Shown here in pieces: positions 1 to 9,195 of a DNA stretch of 64,000 nt; the stretch's first letter is position 1; the number at the start of each line of letters is the position of its first letter. A model generated the notes under the pieces. That model was given only the letters and a program-made list of their open reading frames with translations. It did not search any database and was not told where the DNA came from. Origin of the DNA: an uncultured delta proteobacterium (GTDB taxonomy: Bacteria; Desulfobacterota; Desulfobacteria; Desulfobacterales; B30-G6). The position numbers were made by a program, and so were the translations under genes. The DNA is taken from positions 128,001 through 192,000 of the forward strand of contig CAWGLD010000005.1 in NCBI GenBank assembly GCA_963823335.1, given 5' to 3'.

Positions 1-638
1 GAAACCTCCCGGCCCATATCCTTGTCAAGATAGTACTGGCCCATGGAGCCGAACATAAAGCAGGCTTCCAAGGTTTTTCCACAACCTTCATTTAAGACCT
101 TTTTCCTTTTGCGACAGATGCAGTCCGTTACAACGATACTGGGTTTGGTTTTAAGAATTTCAATGGCATCATCGTAGGTTGCCACCTGATGGGTCACCTC
201 AATCGATTGGTTGACGGGAATGGTGCGCAGAAAATATTGGGCATTCTCCAGCATGGCTTTGTCAAAGGCTTCTTCGAAATATTCCTCAACCATTTTGGCC
301 AGCTCAGGCTCGATATTCTTAACCTGGAACTCAAACAGACCGTGAACAAAGGGAATGGCGGCATACCTGGGGTTGTTCCCTTTGTTTACCCGGAAAACCA
401 ACCCTTTATCTGTCATATCTTCAAGTTGAGAAGCAACTTCCGCTGCGGGTCGGTTCAGGTCTGTAGCGATGGAAGATGCTGTTGCCAGGTTGTGTGTCAA
501 TGCCAAAAACATACGCGCGTTGTCTTCGGAAAAAAGATAGCGCAAGATTTTAATTTCGATACCCGATTCTGCCGCGGGAAAACCCATGGAGTACTGGTCG
601 AGTCTTTCCTGAAGCTGCCGATAGATGTTTTCTGTCAT
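1..638 (-). CDS. 4Fe-4S binding (ferredoxin-type) protein, N-terminal part; runs off the window edge
   Basis: Not in the ORF track because no stop lies in the window. Manual translation from ATG at 638 gives MTENIYRQLQERLDQYSMGFPAAESGIEIKIL...TDCICRKRKKVLNEGCGKTLEACFMFGSMGQYY, open to position 1. RBS AGAGGA upstream; Cys pattern typical of deltaproteobacterial 4Fe-4S proteins. Confidence 0.75.
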   Translation of the reverse strand, partial: MTENIYRQLQERLDQYSMGFPAAESGIEIKILRYLFSEDNARMFLALTHNLATASSIATDLNRPAAEVASQLEDMTDKGLVFRVNKGNNPRYAAIPFVHGLFEFQVKNIEPELAKMVEEYFEEAFDKAMLENAQYFLRTIPVNQSIEVTHQVATYDDAIEILKTKPSIVVTDCICRKRKKVLNEGCGKTLEACFMFGSMGQYYLDKDMGREV

Positions 639-942
639 AGGATCCTCTTTTGTTGTTAGTGATTTTCCGCCGCTGATGTTAGAAGCCCTTGAGGCGAGAT
701 CACACAGCGCCGGCGGATTATTGATTTCGTGTTCACTGAATTCAGAAAGCCGAGTTACACCAAAGTTGAGCGATTGTCGCGCTTGCCGACACTACAGTGC
801 CCATCTGCTTGATCCCTTGAAACCTCGAACCCTGGTCAGCCTTTTAGCAGTTCTGACTGTAGACTGTTAGGGGTTTTTAGCTCACTGCCGTCAACCACCC
901 TCCAACCCTTTTACCACCCTTGTATCACCCTTGAACCCTTTC

Positions 943-1287
943 CTACCAGGTGCCAATGTCTTGTTCGGGTGTCTTTTCCTTTAAGTCGCTGGCATCCGTT
1001 CCCATAAAATCGACGCTAAATACACTCTCAGAGATAGCGTGTATTTTTTTCAGAATGGTTTGATGGTCCGGGTGGACCTGGTAGCGTTGCAGGGATTCGA
1101 GATTGGCAAACAGGGATATGAGTGCAAAGTCATAAGATCGGTCGGAATGGATGATATCCCGTCCGAATTCATAACTGTGGATTTCTACTATCTTGTTAGG
1201 CAGTTCCTCGAGATGATTTTCAAGATCCTGGATATCTTTTTCGGGTGCGTCTTTCTTGAATTTTATCAGAACGATGTGGTTGAGCAT
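943..1287 (-). CDS. Dabb family (stress-responsive A/B barrel) protein
   Basis: MLNHIVLIKFK...YEFGRD...YDFALISLF...LQRYQVHPDHQ matches the Dabb pattern; start placed after RBS AAGGGAG. Confidence 0.85.
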   Translation of the reverse strand: MLNHIVLIKFKKDAPEKDIQDLENHLEELPNKIVEIHSYEFGRDIIHSDRSYDFALISLFANLESLQRYQVHPDHQTILKKIHAISESVFSVDFMGTDASDLKEKTPEQDIGTW

Positions 1288-1538
1288 GGTTTCTCCCTTG
1301 TGCAATGTCGGTTATATGTTCAATTACCTGATACGGGGCGGACTGACCCGGCTGAAAAGAGGGTGTTTTTGGTAGATTTAATAAAAAACTTGAGATTTTG
1401 GCCGTGTCATGGCATCTAAATGGCATATTTATAGTCCCTGTAAAAACCATCGATCGCGTCAGCTGTCTGTAAAAGCAGGCGACACAATAACACAGGATCC
1501 CGCAGCATTCACCTGAAAAGTGAAAAAGGTGCCTATTT

Positions 1539-2468
1539 GTGATGACAAAAAAAACCATGCTCTACGACCTTATTGATGTCAGCGACCCCGAGACTGTTTT
1601 AAATGAAATAAAACAAATTCTTGCGCTGACGGTTGAAGGGTTTGATCCATCAAGGCTTGAAATGATTTATGGGGATGTTGTCACCCTTTTCAAAGGGAAA
1701 TATCCGGGTTACCGGGCCAGCAACACCAAATACCATGACCTTGAGCACACCAATTCCGTGGCCTTAGCCGCAGCCCGTCTCATTCATGGCTGTACACTCG
1801 CCGGGATGGCGTTCCATGCGGACAACTTGCTGTTGGGTGTCTACTCGGCACTGTTTCACGATGTGGGATTGATTCAAACCAAAGATGACAAGGTGGGTTC
1901 CGGGGCAAAATACACAGTGGGTCATGAAAAACGGTCCATTCTGTTCATGCGAAAATACTTGTCGCAAAAAGGCTTTCCAGACCAACAGATCGATGATTGC
2001 TCCCACCTGATAATGTGTACCATTCTAAATCTCCCACCCAAAGAAATCCCCTTTAAATCACCGGAGATTGAAACACTCGGGAAAATTGTGGGTACGGCAG
2101 ACTTGATGGCCCAGATCGCGGACAGGTACTATATCGAGAAACTCCTGCTGCTGTTTCAAGAGTTCCAGGAGGCTGGGATTCCTGATTTTGCAACCGAACT
2201 CGATCTGCTAAAAAAGACGGAAGGGTTTTATAAGTATGTCGCTACACAGAGACTCGCCCATGATTTCAGCGGTGTCTCCATCAACATGCATGCCCATTTC
2301 AAACAGCGCTGGGGAGTAGAAAAGGACCTGTATTCGGAGTCAATTCAAAAAAATATCGAGTACCTAAGAACCCTGCTGGAGCGTGCGGGAGACAGCATTG
2401 TTTCTGTCAGGGAGAACCTGAAAAGAGGTGTCTCTAATATGAATGGAGACGATAGGTCCGAGATCTGA
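1539..2468 (+). CDS. HD-superfamily metal-dependent phosphohydrolase-like protein
   Basis: YHDLEHT, LFHDVG, GHEKRS and ADL motifs; the start may be ATG at 1557. Confidence 0.7.
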   Translation: MMTKKTMLYDLIDVSDPETVLNEIKQILALTVEGFDPSRLEMIYGDVVTLFKGKYPGYRASNTKYHDLEHTNSVALAAARLIHGCTLAGMAFHADNLLLGVYSALFHDVGLIQTKDDKVGSGAKYTVGHEKRSILFMRKYLSQKGFPDQQIDDCSHLIMCTILNLPPKEIPFKSPEIETLGKIVGTADLMAQIADRYYIEKLLLLFQEFQEAGIPDFATELDLLKKTEGFYKYVATQRLAHDFSGVSINMHAHFKQRWGVEKDLYSESIQKNIEYLRTLLERAGDSIVSVRENLKRGVSNMNGDDRSEI

Positions 2469-2512
2469 AAAATTCCTCCATTCCTAAAGACGAACGTCCA
2501 ACATCGAACCTC

Positions 2513-4159
2513 TCAACTTTCTGCCCGTCGACTTTCTTCGTCTCTGATCTCGCGTCGCAGGAGTTTTCCGACCTTGGATTTTGGAAGCATGTCTCTGAAC
2601 TCGATGTATTGGGGAACCTTATAACTCACCAGGGTTTTTCGGCACCAGGTAATCAGGTCGTAGCCGGTGATACCCTTGATGTCCTCCTTGAGTACCACGT
2701 AAGCCTTGATTCTTTCGCCCACCCGTTCGTCGGGAACTCCAACCACACACGCACTGATGACTGCCGTATGCTCTTGCAGGACCGATTCGATTTCGCTGGC
2801 GGAAATTCGGTATCCCTTGTGCTTGATGGTGTCGACGGTTCGATCGACAAAATATAGGTTCTCTTCTTCGTCCATCATCATAATATCAGCAGTGCGATAC
2901 CAGGTGGTCCCATCCAGTTTCACAAAGGACTGGTGGGTTTCTTCCGGTTTATTCAAATACTGGGCGACCATGGGGTCTGATGAGACGAGTAATTCCCCCG
3001 GTGTTCCTGTTTTTACAGGTTCCAGAAAGGCAGGGTCCACGATTTTAATCTGTTTGCTTGCTAAAACACGTCCAACACTTTTGGGTGGATTCTTGATATT
3101 TACAGGACACATGGCTACGCCACCGCAGGTTTCCGTGGCACCATAGCCTTGAAAAATATGTTGTCCAAAATGCTGGTGCCAGCGATTACCCACTTCCACC
3201 GGCAAGACATCACCGGCACTGAACCAGTATTTAACCGATTCCAGGTGATATTGATCCAGCCGTTCGTGTTCCAACATCATGCGGTAGAGTGCCGGGACCC
3301 CGATCATTGTTTTGGCCTTGAATCGGCCGATAGCGTCGAGGGTTGCGTCCAGATTGACACGCGGCTGCAGCATGAGTGTCCCGCCGACAAGGAGTGTCGC
3401 CAGGCCACAGGTCTGGCCGAGAATGTGAAAAAGGGGTGCATTGCCCATGATAACATTTTCCTGGGGAGGAAAAAGGGGGCTGGAAATTTGAATCTGCTCA
3501 AGGGCTGATTTCAGGAAAAGATGCTGACTCATGGGAACGCCTTTTGGAAATTTGGTGGTCCCACCGGTGTAGAGAATCTGGGCTGTAACGCCTCCCTTAA
3601 GCTCTTCAGGTGTCGTCCTCTTGAACTGATCGGGTGCATATTGTGCCAAAAGGTTTTTAAGGGAATAGGTATTTTTATCGAGCGCTATTTTCCCTCTGGG
3701 AACGATATCGAACAAATAACCGAAAAACCGCTTCCATATCGGTAGAAGGTCGGCCATCCTGGCGATGATCACGCGACTGATGTTGGTTTCCGGGAGTACC
3801 TGTTTGACATATCCGAAATTGGTATCCGCACAGACAATGGCATCTGCTTCGCTGTCCGTGGCGATATACCGGACGTCACTGGGGGTGTAAATGGGTGTTA
3901 TGGGAACACAGACGGCATTGACATGCTGAATTCCCAACCAGGCCACGACCCATTGGATACTATTGGGAAGATAGATCATTACCCGTTGCCCTTGTCTGAT
4001 GCCTATTTCCGTAAGGGCCGCTGCAAAGCTCCGGGACATCTGATCAAGCCTGCGATAAGAATAGCGCGTACCGAGATAGATGACGGCGGTATTGTTCCCG
4101 TATGTTTCAACTGTTTGGCGAAATTGATCGATGATGTGGTGCGTTGTTGTTGATTCCAT
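2513..4159 (-). CDS. AMP-forming acyl-CoA synthetase (fatty or aromatic acid CoA ligase)
   Basis: YTGGTTKFPKGV, QGYGATE, YRTAD and PKSKVGK ANL-family motifs; last gene of the Liv-type operon. Confidence 0.9.
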   Translation of the reverse strand: MESTTTHHIIDQFRQTVETYGNNTAVIYLGTRYSYRRLDQMSRSFAAALTEIGIRQGQRVMIYLPNSIQWVVAWLGIQHVNAVCVPITPIYTPSDVRYIATDSEADAIVCADTNFGYVKQVLPETNISRVIIARMADLLPIWKRFFGYLFDIVPRGKIALDKNTYSLKNLLAQYAPDQFKRTTPEELKGGVTAQILYTGGTTKFPKGVPMSQHLFLKSALEQIQISSPLFPPQENVIMGNAPLFHILGQTCGLATLLVGGTLMLQPRVNLDATLDAIGRFKAKTMIGVPALYRMMLEHERLDQYHLESVKYWFSAGDVLPVEVGNRWHQHFGQHIFQGYGATETCGGVAMCPVNIKNPPKSVGRVLASKQIKIVDPAFLEPVKTGTPGELLVSSDPMVAQYLNKPEETHQSFVKLDGTTWYRTADIMMMDEEENLYFVDRTVDTIKHKGYRISASEIESVLQEHTAVISACVVGVPDERVGERIKAYVVLKEDIKGITGYDLITWCRKTLVSYKVPQYIEFRDMLPKSKVGKLLRREIRDEESRRAES

Positions 4160-4162
4160 GAA

Positions 4163-4909
4163 TCATATCCCAAAGTAAGCAGCTTTGATTTCAGGGTTTT
4201 GCATGAGCTCTTCACCGGTTCCCATGAGGGTCAGCATACCGTTTTCCAGGATATAGCCGCGATCGATGACGGGGAAAACCGGGCGGGCAAATTGTTCGCA
4301 CAGGACGACGGTTATGCCACTCTGCCTGTTCAGGCAGACGATGGCATCGATCAGAGTGTTCTGCATCATGGGGCTCAAGCCCAGAAGCGGCTCATCGAGG
4401 AGCAGCAGTTCAGGTTTTACGATAAGCGCCATCCCGATGGCCAGCATCTGCTGTTCCCCGCCACTTAAAAACCCGGCCTTCTTTTTTTTGAGGGCCACCA
4501 GGGCCGGGAACAACTGAAACGCAAAATCAATACCATCCCTGACTTCCTGCTTGCGGCGAAGAAAACCGGCGATTTTAAGGTTTTCAAGAACACTGCTTTC
4601 CGGGAAGATGGGATGACGCTCACGTGAGAGCACAATACCTCTCTTGACACGTTCACTGGGCTTGGTTTGGGTAATATCCCGCCCCCGGTAGACAATATTC
4701 CCATATACAGTGATCCGTTCGCCGCCTTTTCTCTTTTCTTTGATCTGCATGTCGATAATGAGACCGGAAAGGGTGTTCATTAGGGTTGTTTTGCCGGCAC
4801 TGTTGGGCCCTACGACACCTACGAACTCGCCATCGTTTACCTGGAAACTGAAGTCATTCAAGGCAATGGCGTTTTCGAAAAAGACGATCAGATTTTTTAC
4901 GTCGAGCAT
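4163..4909 (-). CDS. Liv-type ABC transporter ATP-binding protein (LivF-like)
   Basis: Walker A GPNSAGKT, LSGGEQQ, LLLLDEP. Confidence 0.9.
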   Translation of the reverse strand: MLDVKNLIVFFENAIALNDFSFQVNDGEFVGVVGPNSAGKTTLMNTLSGLIIDMQIKEKRKGGERITVYGNIVYRGRDITQTKPSERVKRGIVLSRERHPIFPESSVLENLKIAGFLRRKQEVRDGIDFAFQLFPALVALKKKKAGFLSGGEQQMLAIGMALIVKPELLLLDEPLLGLSPMMQNTLIDAIVCLNRQSGITVVLCEQFARPVFPVIDRGYILENGMLTLMGTGEELMQNPEIKAAYFGI

Positions 4910-4911
4910 AT

Positions 4912-5664
4912 CTACCTTTCTGAGCCCAGATAGGCATTTTTGACCTCTTCGCTGGCCATGACTTCTTGTGCGGTTCCCTGGGCAATTTTGCGCCCGAAGT
5001 TAAGCACCATTATTCTGTCGGCAATACGAAAAAGTTCCTTCAGGCGGTGTTCAATCATGACGATGGTTTTGCCTTGTTGCCGCAGTTTTTCGATAATGGG
5101 AACAATGCTGGCGACTTCGGCAAGGCTGAGACCCGAAAACAGTTCATCGAGGATGATCAGATCAGGCTGCAGGGCAATGGCCTTTGCCAGTTCCAGGCGT
5201 TTTAAATAGCCCTGGGGCAGGGCGCCGGCCGGTTTGTAGGCCACATATGAATCTCTTTCAAAACCCACCTCCTCCAGCAGGTCCAGGGCAACGGCATCGC
5301 GGTCTCCATACCGGCCACCTATCATTTGTTTTACACGGGGCGAGTAGAGCGGTATGATCATGTTTTTGAATGCAGGCAACTGGTAAAACGGCCGAACCAT
5401 TTGAAACGTTCGGGCGATACCCAGCTGAATAATCTTGTGGGCCGCCATGCGGGTAATATTTTGACCGTTGCAGAGGATTTTTCCCGAAGTCGGTTTGACA
5501 AAACCTGTCATCAGGTTCACAAGGGTGGTTTTACCCGACCCATTGGGGCCGATAATGCCCAGAAGTTCACCGCGTTTTATGATACAGTCCAGTTCGAAAA
5601 CAGCTGTGACGCCGCCAAACACTTTGGTGAGTTTTTGAATTTCGATGATGTTACCTGTCGACAT
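4912..5664 (-). CDS. Liv-type ABC transporter ATP-binding protein (LivG-like)
   Basis: GPNGSGKT, GIARTFQ, IILDE, IEH, AYLG C-terminus. Confidence 0.9.
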   Translation of the reverse strand: MSTGNIIEIQKLTKVFGGVTAVFELDCIIKRGELLGIIGPNGSGKTTLVNLMTGFVKPTSGKILCNGQNITRMAAHKIIQLGIARTFQMVRPFYQLPAFKNMIIPLYSPRVKQMIGGRYGDRDAVALDLLEEVGFERDSYVAYKPAGALPQGYLKRLELAKAIALQPDLIILDELFSGLSLAEVASIVPIIEKLRQQGKTIVMIEHRLKELFRIADRIMVLNFGRKIAQGTAQEVMASEEVKNAYLGSER

Positions 5665-6655
5665 CGACCCACCTTTCTACCTGCTGATATTTTCGTTGAA
5701 GATAATGAAAGAGACCTTCGGGTATGGCAACGATAAAAACTACCAGACAGAGTCCATACAGCACGATTCGCAAGCCTCCGATACCGCGCAGCAACTCCGA
5801 CAACGGTACCAGAATGGTTGCTCCCAGCATGGCCCCGGCAAACGAGCCGACACCTCCGACAACGGCGGAAGCAATGGGCATGATGGAATAGTCCAGGGCA
5901 AAAACCGGCATACCCACAAACATGTATACATGGGTCATATATGCCCCGGCAAAGGCGCCCACCGCACTGGACAGAAAAAGCGCCTGGGCTTTGAACCAGT
6001 AAATATTGATGCCGGCATTGGTGACGGATCTGTCGTTGTCACGGATACCTTTGAGGACAAGTCCATAGTCCGAAGCCATCAGCCGGCGAAAACCGAACAG
6101 GACCGATAATGTGGCGATGATGATCAGATAGAGCTCCAGCCATCCGGACGGCAGCGGGCTCATACCGCTCAAACCCTCTGTGCCGCCGAAAACTTTGGTC
6201 GCTTCGATGGTCCGTACCAGCATCAGGGGCAGGATCAGCGTAAACATGGAGAAGTAGATGCCCCTCAAACGAAGAACCGGCAGAAGAATAAGTGTACAGA
6301 TGAGACCCCCGAATACCGTGGCCAGGGGTATGGCGATCAAGGGGTGAATTCCCCACGTGTGGTTGATGACGCCTGATATATAGGCTCCCATGCCGAAGAA
6401 AAGGGCTTGCCCTAAAGAAATCATACCGCTTTGCGCCAACAGGTCCCAGCTGATCGCCAGCATGGCGAAAACTGCCAGCGAGATCATGACACGCTGCCAA
6501 TAGGGGCTCAGAAAAAGCGGCAGCAGTAGAAAGAGAATGACCGGCAGCAGCCGTGGTCCTGCCACATAGAGCATTTCACGCCAGGAGCTGAGAGCGAAAA
6601 TATCTCCCGATCTGGCTTTGATACCCCGGTCGATCCGTTCCTTACGTTTTTTCAA
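5651..6655 (-). CDS. Liv-type ABC transporter permease (LivM-like)
   Basis: Hydrophobic; SLGQALFFGMGAY, LRLRGIYF, VVGGVGS; TTG start. Confidence 0.9.
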   Translation of the reverse strand: MKKRKERIDRGIKARSGDIFALSSWREMLYVAGPRLLPVILFLLLPLFLSPYWQRVMISLAVFAMLAISWDLLAQSGMISLGQALFFGMGAYISGVINHTWGIHPLIAIPLATVFGGLICTLILLPVLRLRGIYFSMFTLILPLMLVRTIEATKVFGGTEGLSGMSPLPSGWLELYLIIIATLSVLFGFRRLMASDYGLVLKGIRDNDRSVTNAGINIYWFKAQALFLSSAVGAFAGAYMTHVYMFVGMPVFALDYSIMPIASAVVGGVGSFAGAMLGATILVPLSELLRGIGGLRIVLYGLCLVVFIVAIPEGLFHYLQRKYQQVERWVDVDR

Positions 6656-6659
6656 GGTG

Positions 6660-7532
6660 TCATATCCTTTCTTCCAATTCCTTTTGTTGCCCGAACAGAC
6701 CGGATGGTTTTATCACTAGAACAATCAGAATAGCGATCAGACTGACGATCATGGTCCAGTGTGATCCGAAATAGGTATCGGTGAATCGCTCTGCGAAACC
6801 GATGAGAAAGCCAGCGGCAATAACACCGCCCGTACTTCCCAAGCCACCGATAATACAGACGGCCAGCGCTTTGATGAGGACATCGTACCCTTCGCTGGGT
6901 GAGATACTACCCAGGGGAATGATGATCGTGGCGGCGATTGCGGCAAGACCGGCCCCCAGGGAAACACTCAATGTTGCAATCCAGTCCGAATCGATGCCAA
7001 AGGTCAAAGCGGTTCGCTCATCCTGGGCAATCCCACGAAAGGCGAGGCCGATTGAGGTGTGGTGGGTGAAGAGCCACAGCGAGACAACGAGCAGGAAACC
7101 CAGGACGACAATGAAGATCCGTTGCATGTCGATATATGTTCCGGCAATCATAAAGCTGTGATCGAAAAACACCGGCAGGGTATATTCGAAACCAACAAAT
7201 CCGAGGTAGCGGAAAATCTCGAGGATCGCTAAACCGATGCCGAAGGTGGCGATGACTTCCGACAATGCCTGGCCGCGCACCCTCAGAAGGACCAGCCGAT
7301 ACATCAGCGCTCCGAAAAGGGTGGTGGCGAGTATGGACAATATAGCCGATGGGAAAAAGGGGAGCCCAATCAGATTCATCAACATCCAGCTCAGGTAGGC
7401 AGACAGGACATAGAGGGCGCCATAGGCAAAATTGGCAACACCACTGATACCAAACGTCAGATTGAATCCAATGGCCAGCAGTATCAGAGTGAAACTGTTG
7501 ACGATTGCGTAAACCAGGGTTCCTGTAAACAT
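6660..7532 (-). CDS. Liv-type ABC transporter permease (LivH-like)
   Basis: AIGFNLTFGISGVANFAYG, IIGGLGS, KPSGLFG. Confidence 0.9.
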   Translation of the reverse strand: MFTGTLVYAIVNSFTLILLAIGFNLTFGISGVANFAYGALYVLSAYLSWMLMNLIGLPFFPSAILSILATTLFGALMYRLVLLRVRGQALSEVIATFGIGLAILEIFRYLGFVGFEYTLPVFFDHSFMIAGTYIDMQRIFIVVLGFLLVVSLWLFTHHTSIGLAFRGIAQDERTALTFGIDSDWIATLSVSLGAGLAAIAATIIIPLGSISPSEGYDVLIKALAVCIIGGLGSTGGVIAAGFLIGFAERFTDTYFGSHWTMIVSLIAILIVLVIKPSGLFGQQKELEERI

Positions 7533-7583
7533 ATTTGAAATATTTCCGTGAAATATTTTAAAAACTTCAAAAATCTAAAAGCA

Positions 7584-7661
7584 ATCACGAAACCACGAAA
7601 TCTGAAACCACGAAAAATTTATGATCTTTTTCGTGGTTTCGTCTTTTCGTGTTTTCGTGAT
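7584..7661. repeat. Intergenic inverted array of CACGAAA/TTTCGTG units (long imperfect hairpin)
   Basis: ATCACGAAACCACGAAATCTGAAACCACGAAAAA pairs with TTTTTCGTGGTTTCGTCTTTTCGTGTTTTCGTGAT; lies between the SBP and permease genes. Confidence 0.85.
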
Positions 7662-7708
7662 AAGAGATCCTTTTTTCTTTCGGTTTATGCGGGTTGAGGC
7701 TCTGGTAT

Positions 7709-8989
7709 CTACTTCAATGATTTCAACCCCTCTGGGAGCTGGATTTTTCCTTCGGCGATACTTTCTGGAAAAACGATGACCCGGTTTCCATCCGCTGTCC
7801 ACTGGAATACGGTTGAAAGACATGTTTCTGCGGGATCGAATCCAAATACCGCCTGATGACCTTCATCGTATCGGATACGGCCCATGACGCCCATTCGATC
7901 TGTTTTTTCCAGTTCCGCCACGATAGCATCGGGATCGGTACTGCCTGCACGTTCAATGGCTTCCTTGAGAACATATACGGACTCATAAGCAGGCGCCGGT
8001 CCATGGCCGGCCTGAATTTTTTTCCCGTATTTTTTTTCGTAATTTGCATAAAAGGCTACGGAGGCCGGAATTTTATCCGAAGCGATGGCGCTGCCCATTT
8101 CAAAAATGGTATTCATGGAACCGGCTATTTTGCCGTCGAAGGTGTTCCATGCATCGGATCCAGCCAACGGTGAAATAAACCCGGCCAGAATCGCCGGTAC
8201 CTTCATGCTATTCCATTGTTTGACCAGGGTTCCGCTTTGGGGCATGTCGAATATGGGCATAATCACCTGGGCACCCATCGCCCTGGCTTTCATCAGACTC
8301 GACGAGAAATCAGATGTCCCGGTGGGAAAGCTTTCCTGTCCCACAATGGTCCATCCGGCCTTGTCGAAGAACATTTTCTGAGTAGCTCCGGCTGTGCCAC
8401 GCGCCCAGGCAACATCCTGGTGCATGACATAGACTTTGTCGAACCCGAACTCCTTGTTGATGGCGGTCATGGTGCCTGCCAGGTATTTGACGAGATGTAC
8501 GGCGTTGAGGCAGGTTCTGAAGACATATTTGTACTTTTCCGGGTTTTCCTTGATCATTTTTTCAGAATTGGGGGCCATGGCGATGGTTCCCAGAAGGGGA
8601 ACCTTGTATTTGGCGATAATTTCCATTCCGGCGAAGAGGGCCTCCGAACGGAACGGGCCCACCACGAGAGCCGCGGGTTTCTTTTCCAGAATAATTTTCT
8701 CCAGACCGAGTAAGGCCTCCGGCACGGGTACGCCGGGTGCGGCATCTCTGAGGTCGATGGATTCGACTTTGAGGTTTCTCTTGGTCGCGCCAACGGAGAC
8801 GCCACCGGCCGCATTAATCTCTTCCACGGCCATTTCCACGGCCTTGATGGACTCCTTGCCTTCCAAAAAGCCCAAAGAGGTGGGGACACCGACGACAATT
8901 GGTTCGGCCGCGTAAGCCATGGGAACACAGGTTGCAAAAATCAATAAAACCGCAATAGCGATACCTGGAAATTTTTTTTCTCTCTCCAT
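7709..8989 (-). CDS. Liv-type ABC transporter substrate-binding protein
   Basis: Signal peptide; AVEEINAAGGV; periplasmic binding protein type 1 features; first gene of the operon with RBS AGGAGG. Confidence 0.9.
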   Translation of the reverse strand: MEREKKFPGIAIAVLLIFATCVPMAYAAEPIVVGVPTSLGFLEGKESIKAVEMAVEEINAAGGVSVGATKRNLKVESIDLRDAAPGVPVPEALLGLEKIILEKKPAALVVGPFRSEALFAGMEIIAKYKVPLLGTIAMAPNSEKMIKENPEKYKYVFRTCLNAVHLVKYLAGTMTAINKEFGFDKVYVMHQDVAWARGTAGATQKMFFDKAGWTIVGQESFPTGTSDFSSSLMKARAMGAQVIMPIFDMPQSGTLVKQWNSMKVPAILAGFISPLAGSDAWNTFDGKIAGSMNTIFEMGSAIASDKIPASVAFYANYEKKYGKKIQAGHGPAPAYESVYVLKEAIERAGSTDPDAIVAELEKTDRMGVMGRIRYDEGHQAVFGFDPAETCLSTVFQWTADGNRVIVFPESIAEGKIQLPEGLKSLK

Positions 8990-9106
8990 GATGTCCTCCT
9001 TTGTTTTTGGGAAATTTCAGATGGTTTGATTTTAAGTCGTATTGAAGAGCTGAATGCGTTTTTTATCCCGGGTGAATCGTTTTGTCAATTGCATTTATCC
9101 GAAAAA

Positions 9107-9120
9107 TTGATTTAAGTCAA
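9107..9120. promoter_or_regulatory. FNR/Dnr/HcpR-like palindromic box upstream of cooS
   Basis: TTGATTTAAGTCAA fits TTGAY-N4-RTCAA, 75 bp upstream of the cooS ATG; a similar degenerate copy lies near 9026-9039. Confidence 0.6.
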
Positions 9121-9195
9121 TTGCTTTGTGTACTACAATGTCGTAATAGTAACTCATGCACCTAATAAACACAAACCAGTCAGGGAGGTAAGGAT

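Noticed and set aside
189-870. Plus-strand ORFs 189..659 and 625..870
   Set aside because: The first is the antisense shadow of the real minus-strand 4Fe-4S gene; the second has no recognisable motifs and spans intergenic sequence.
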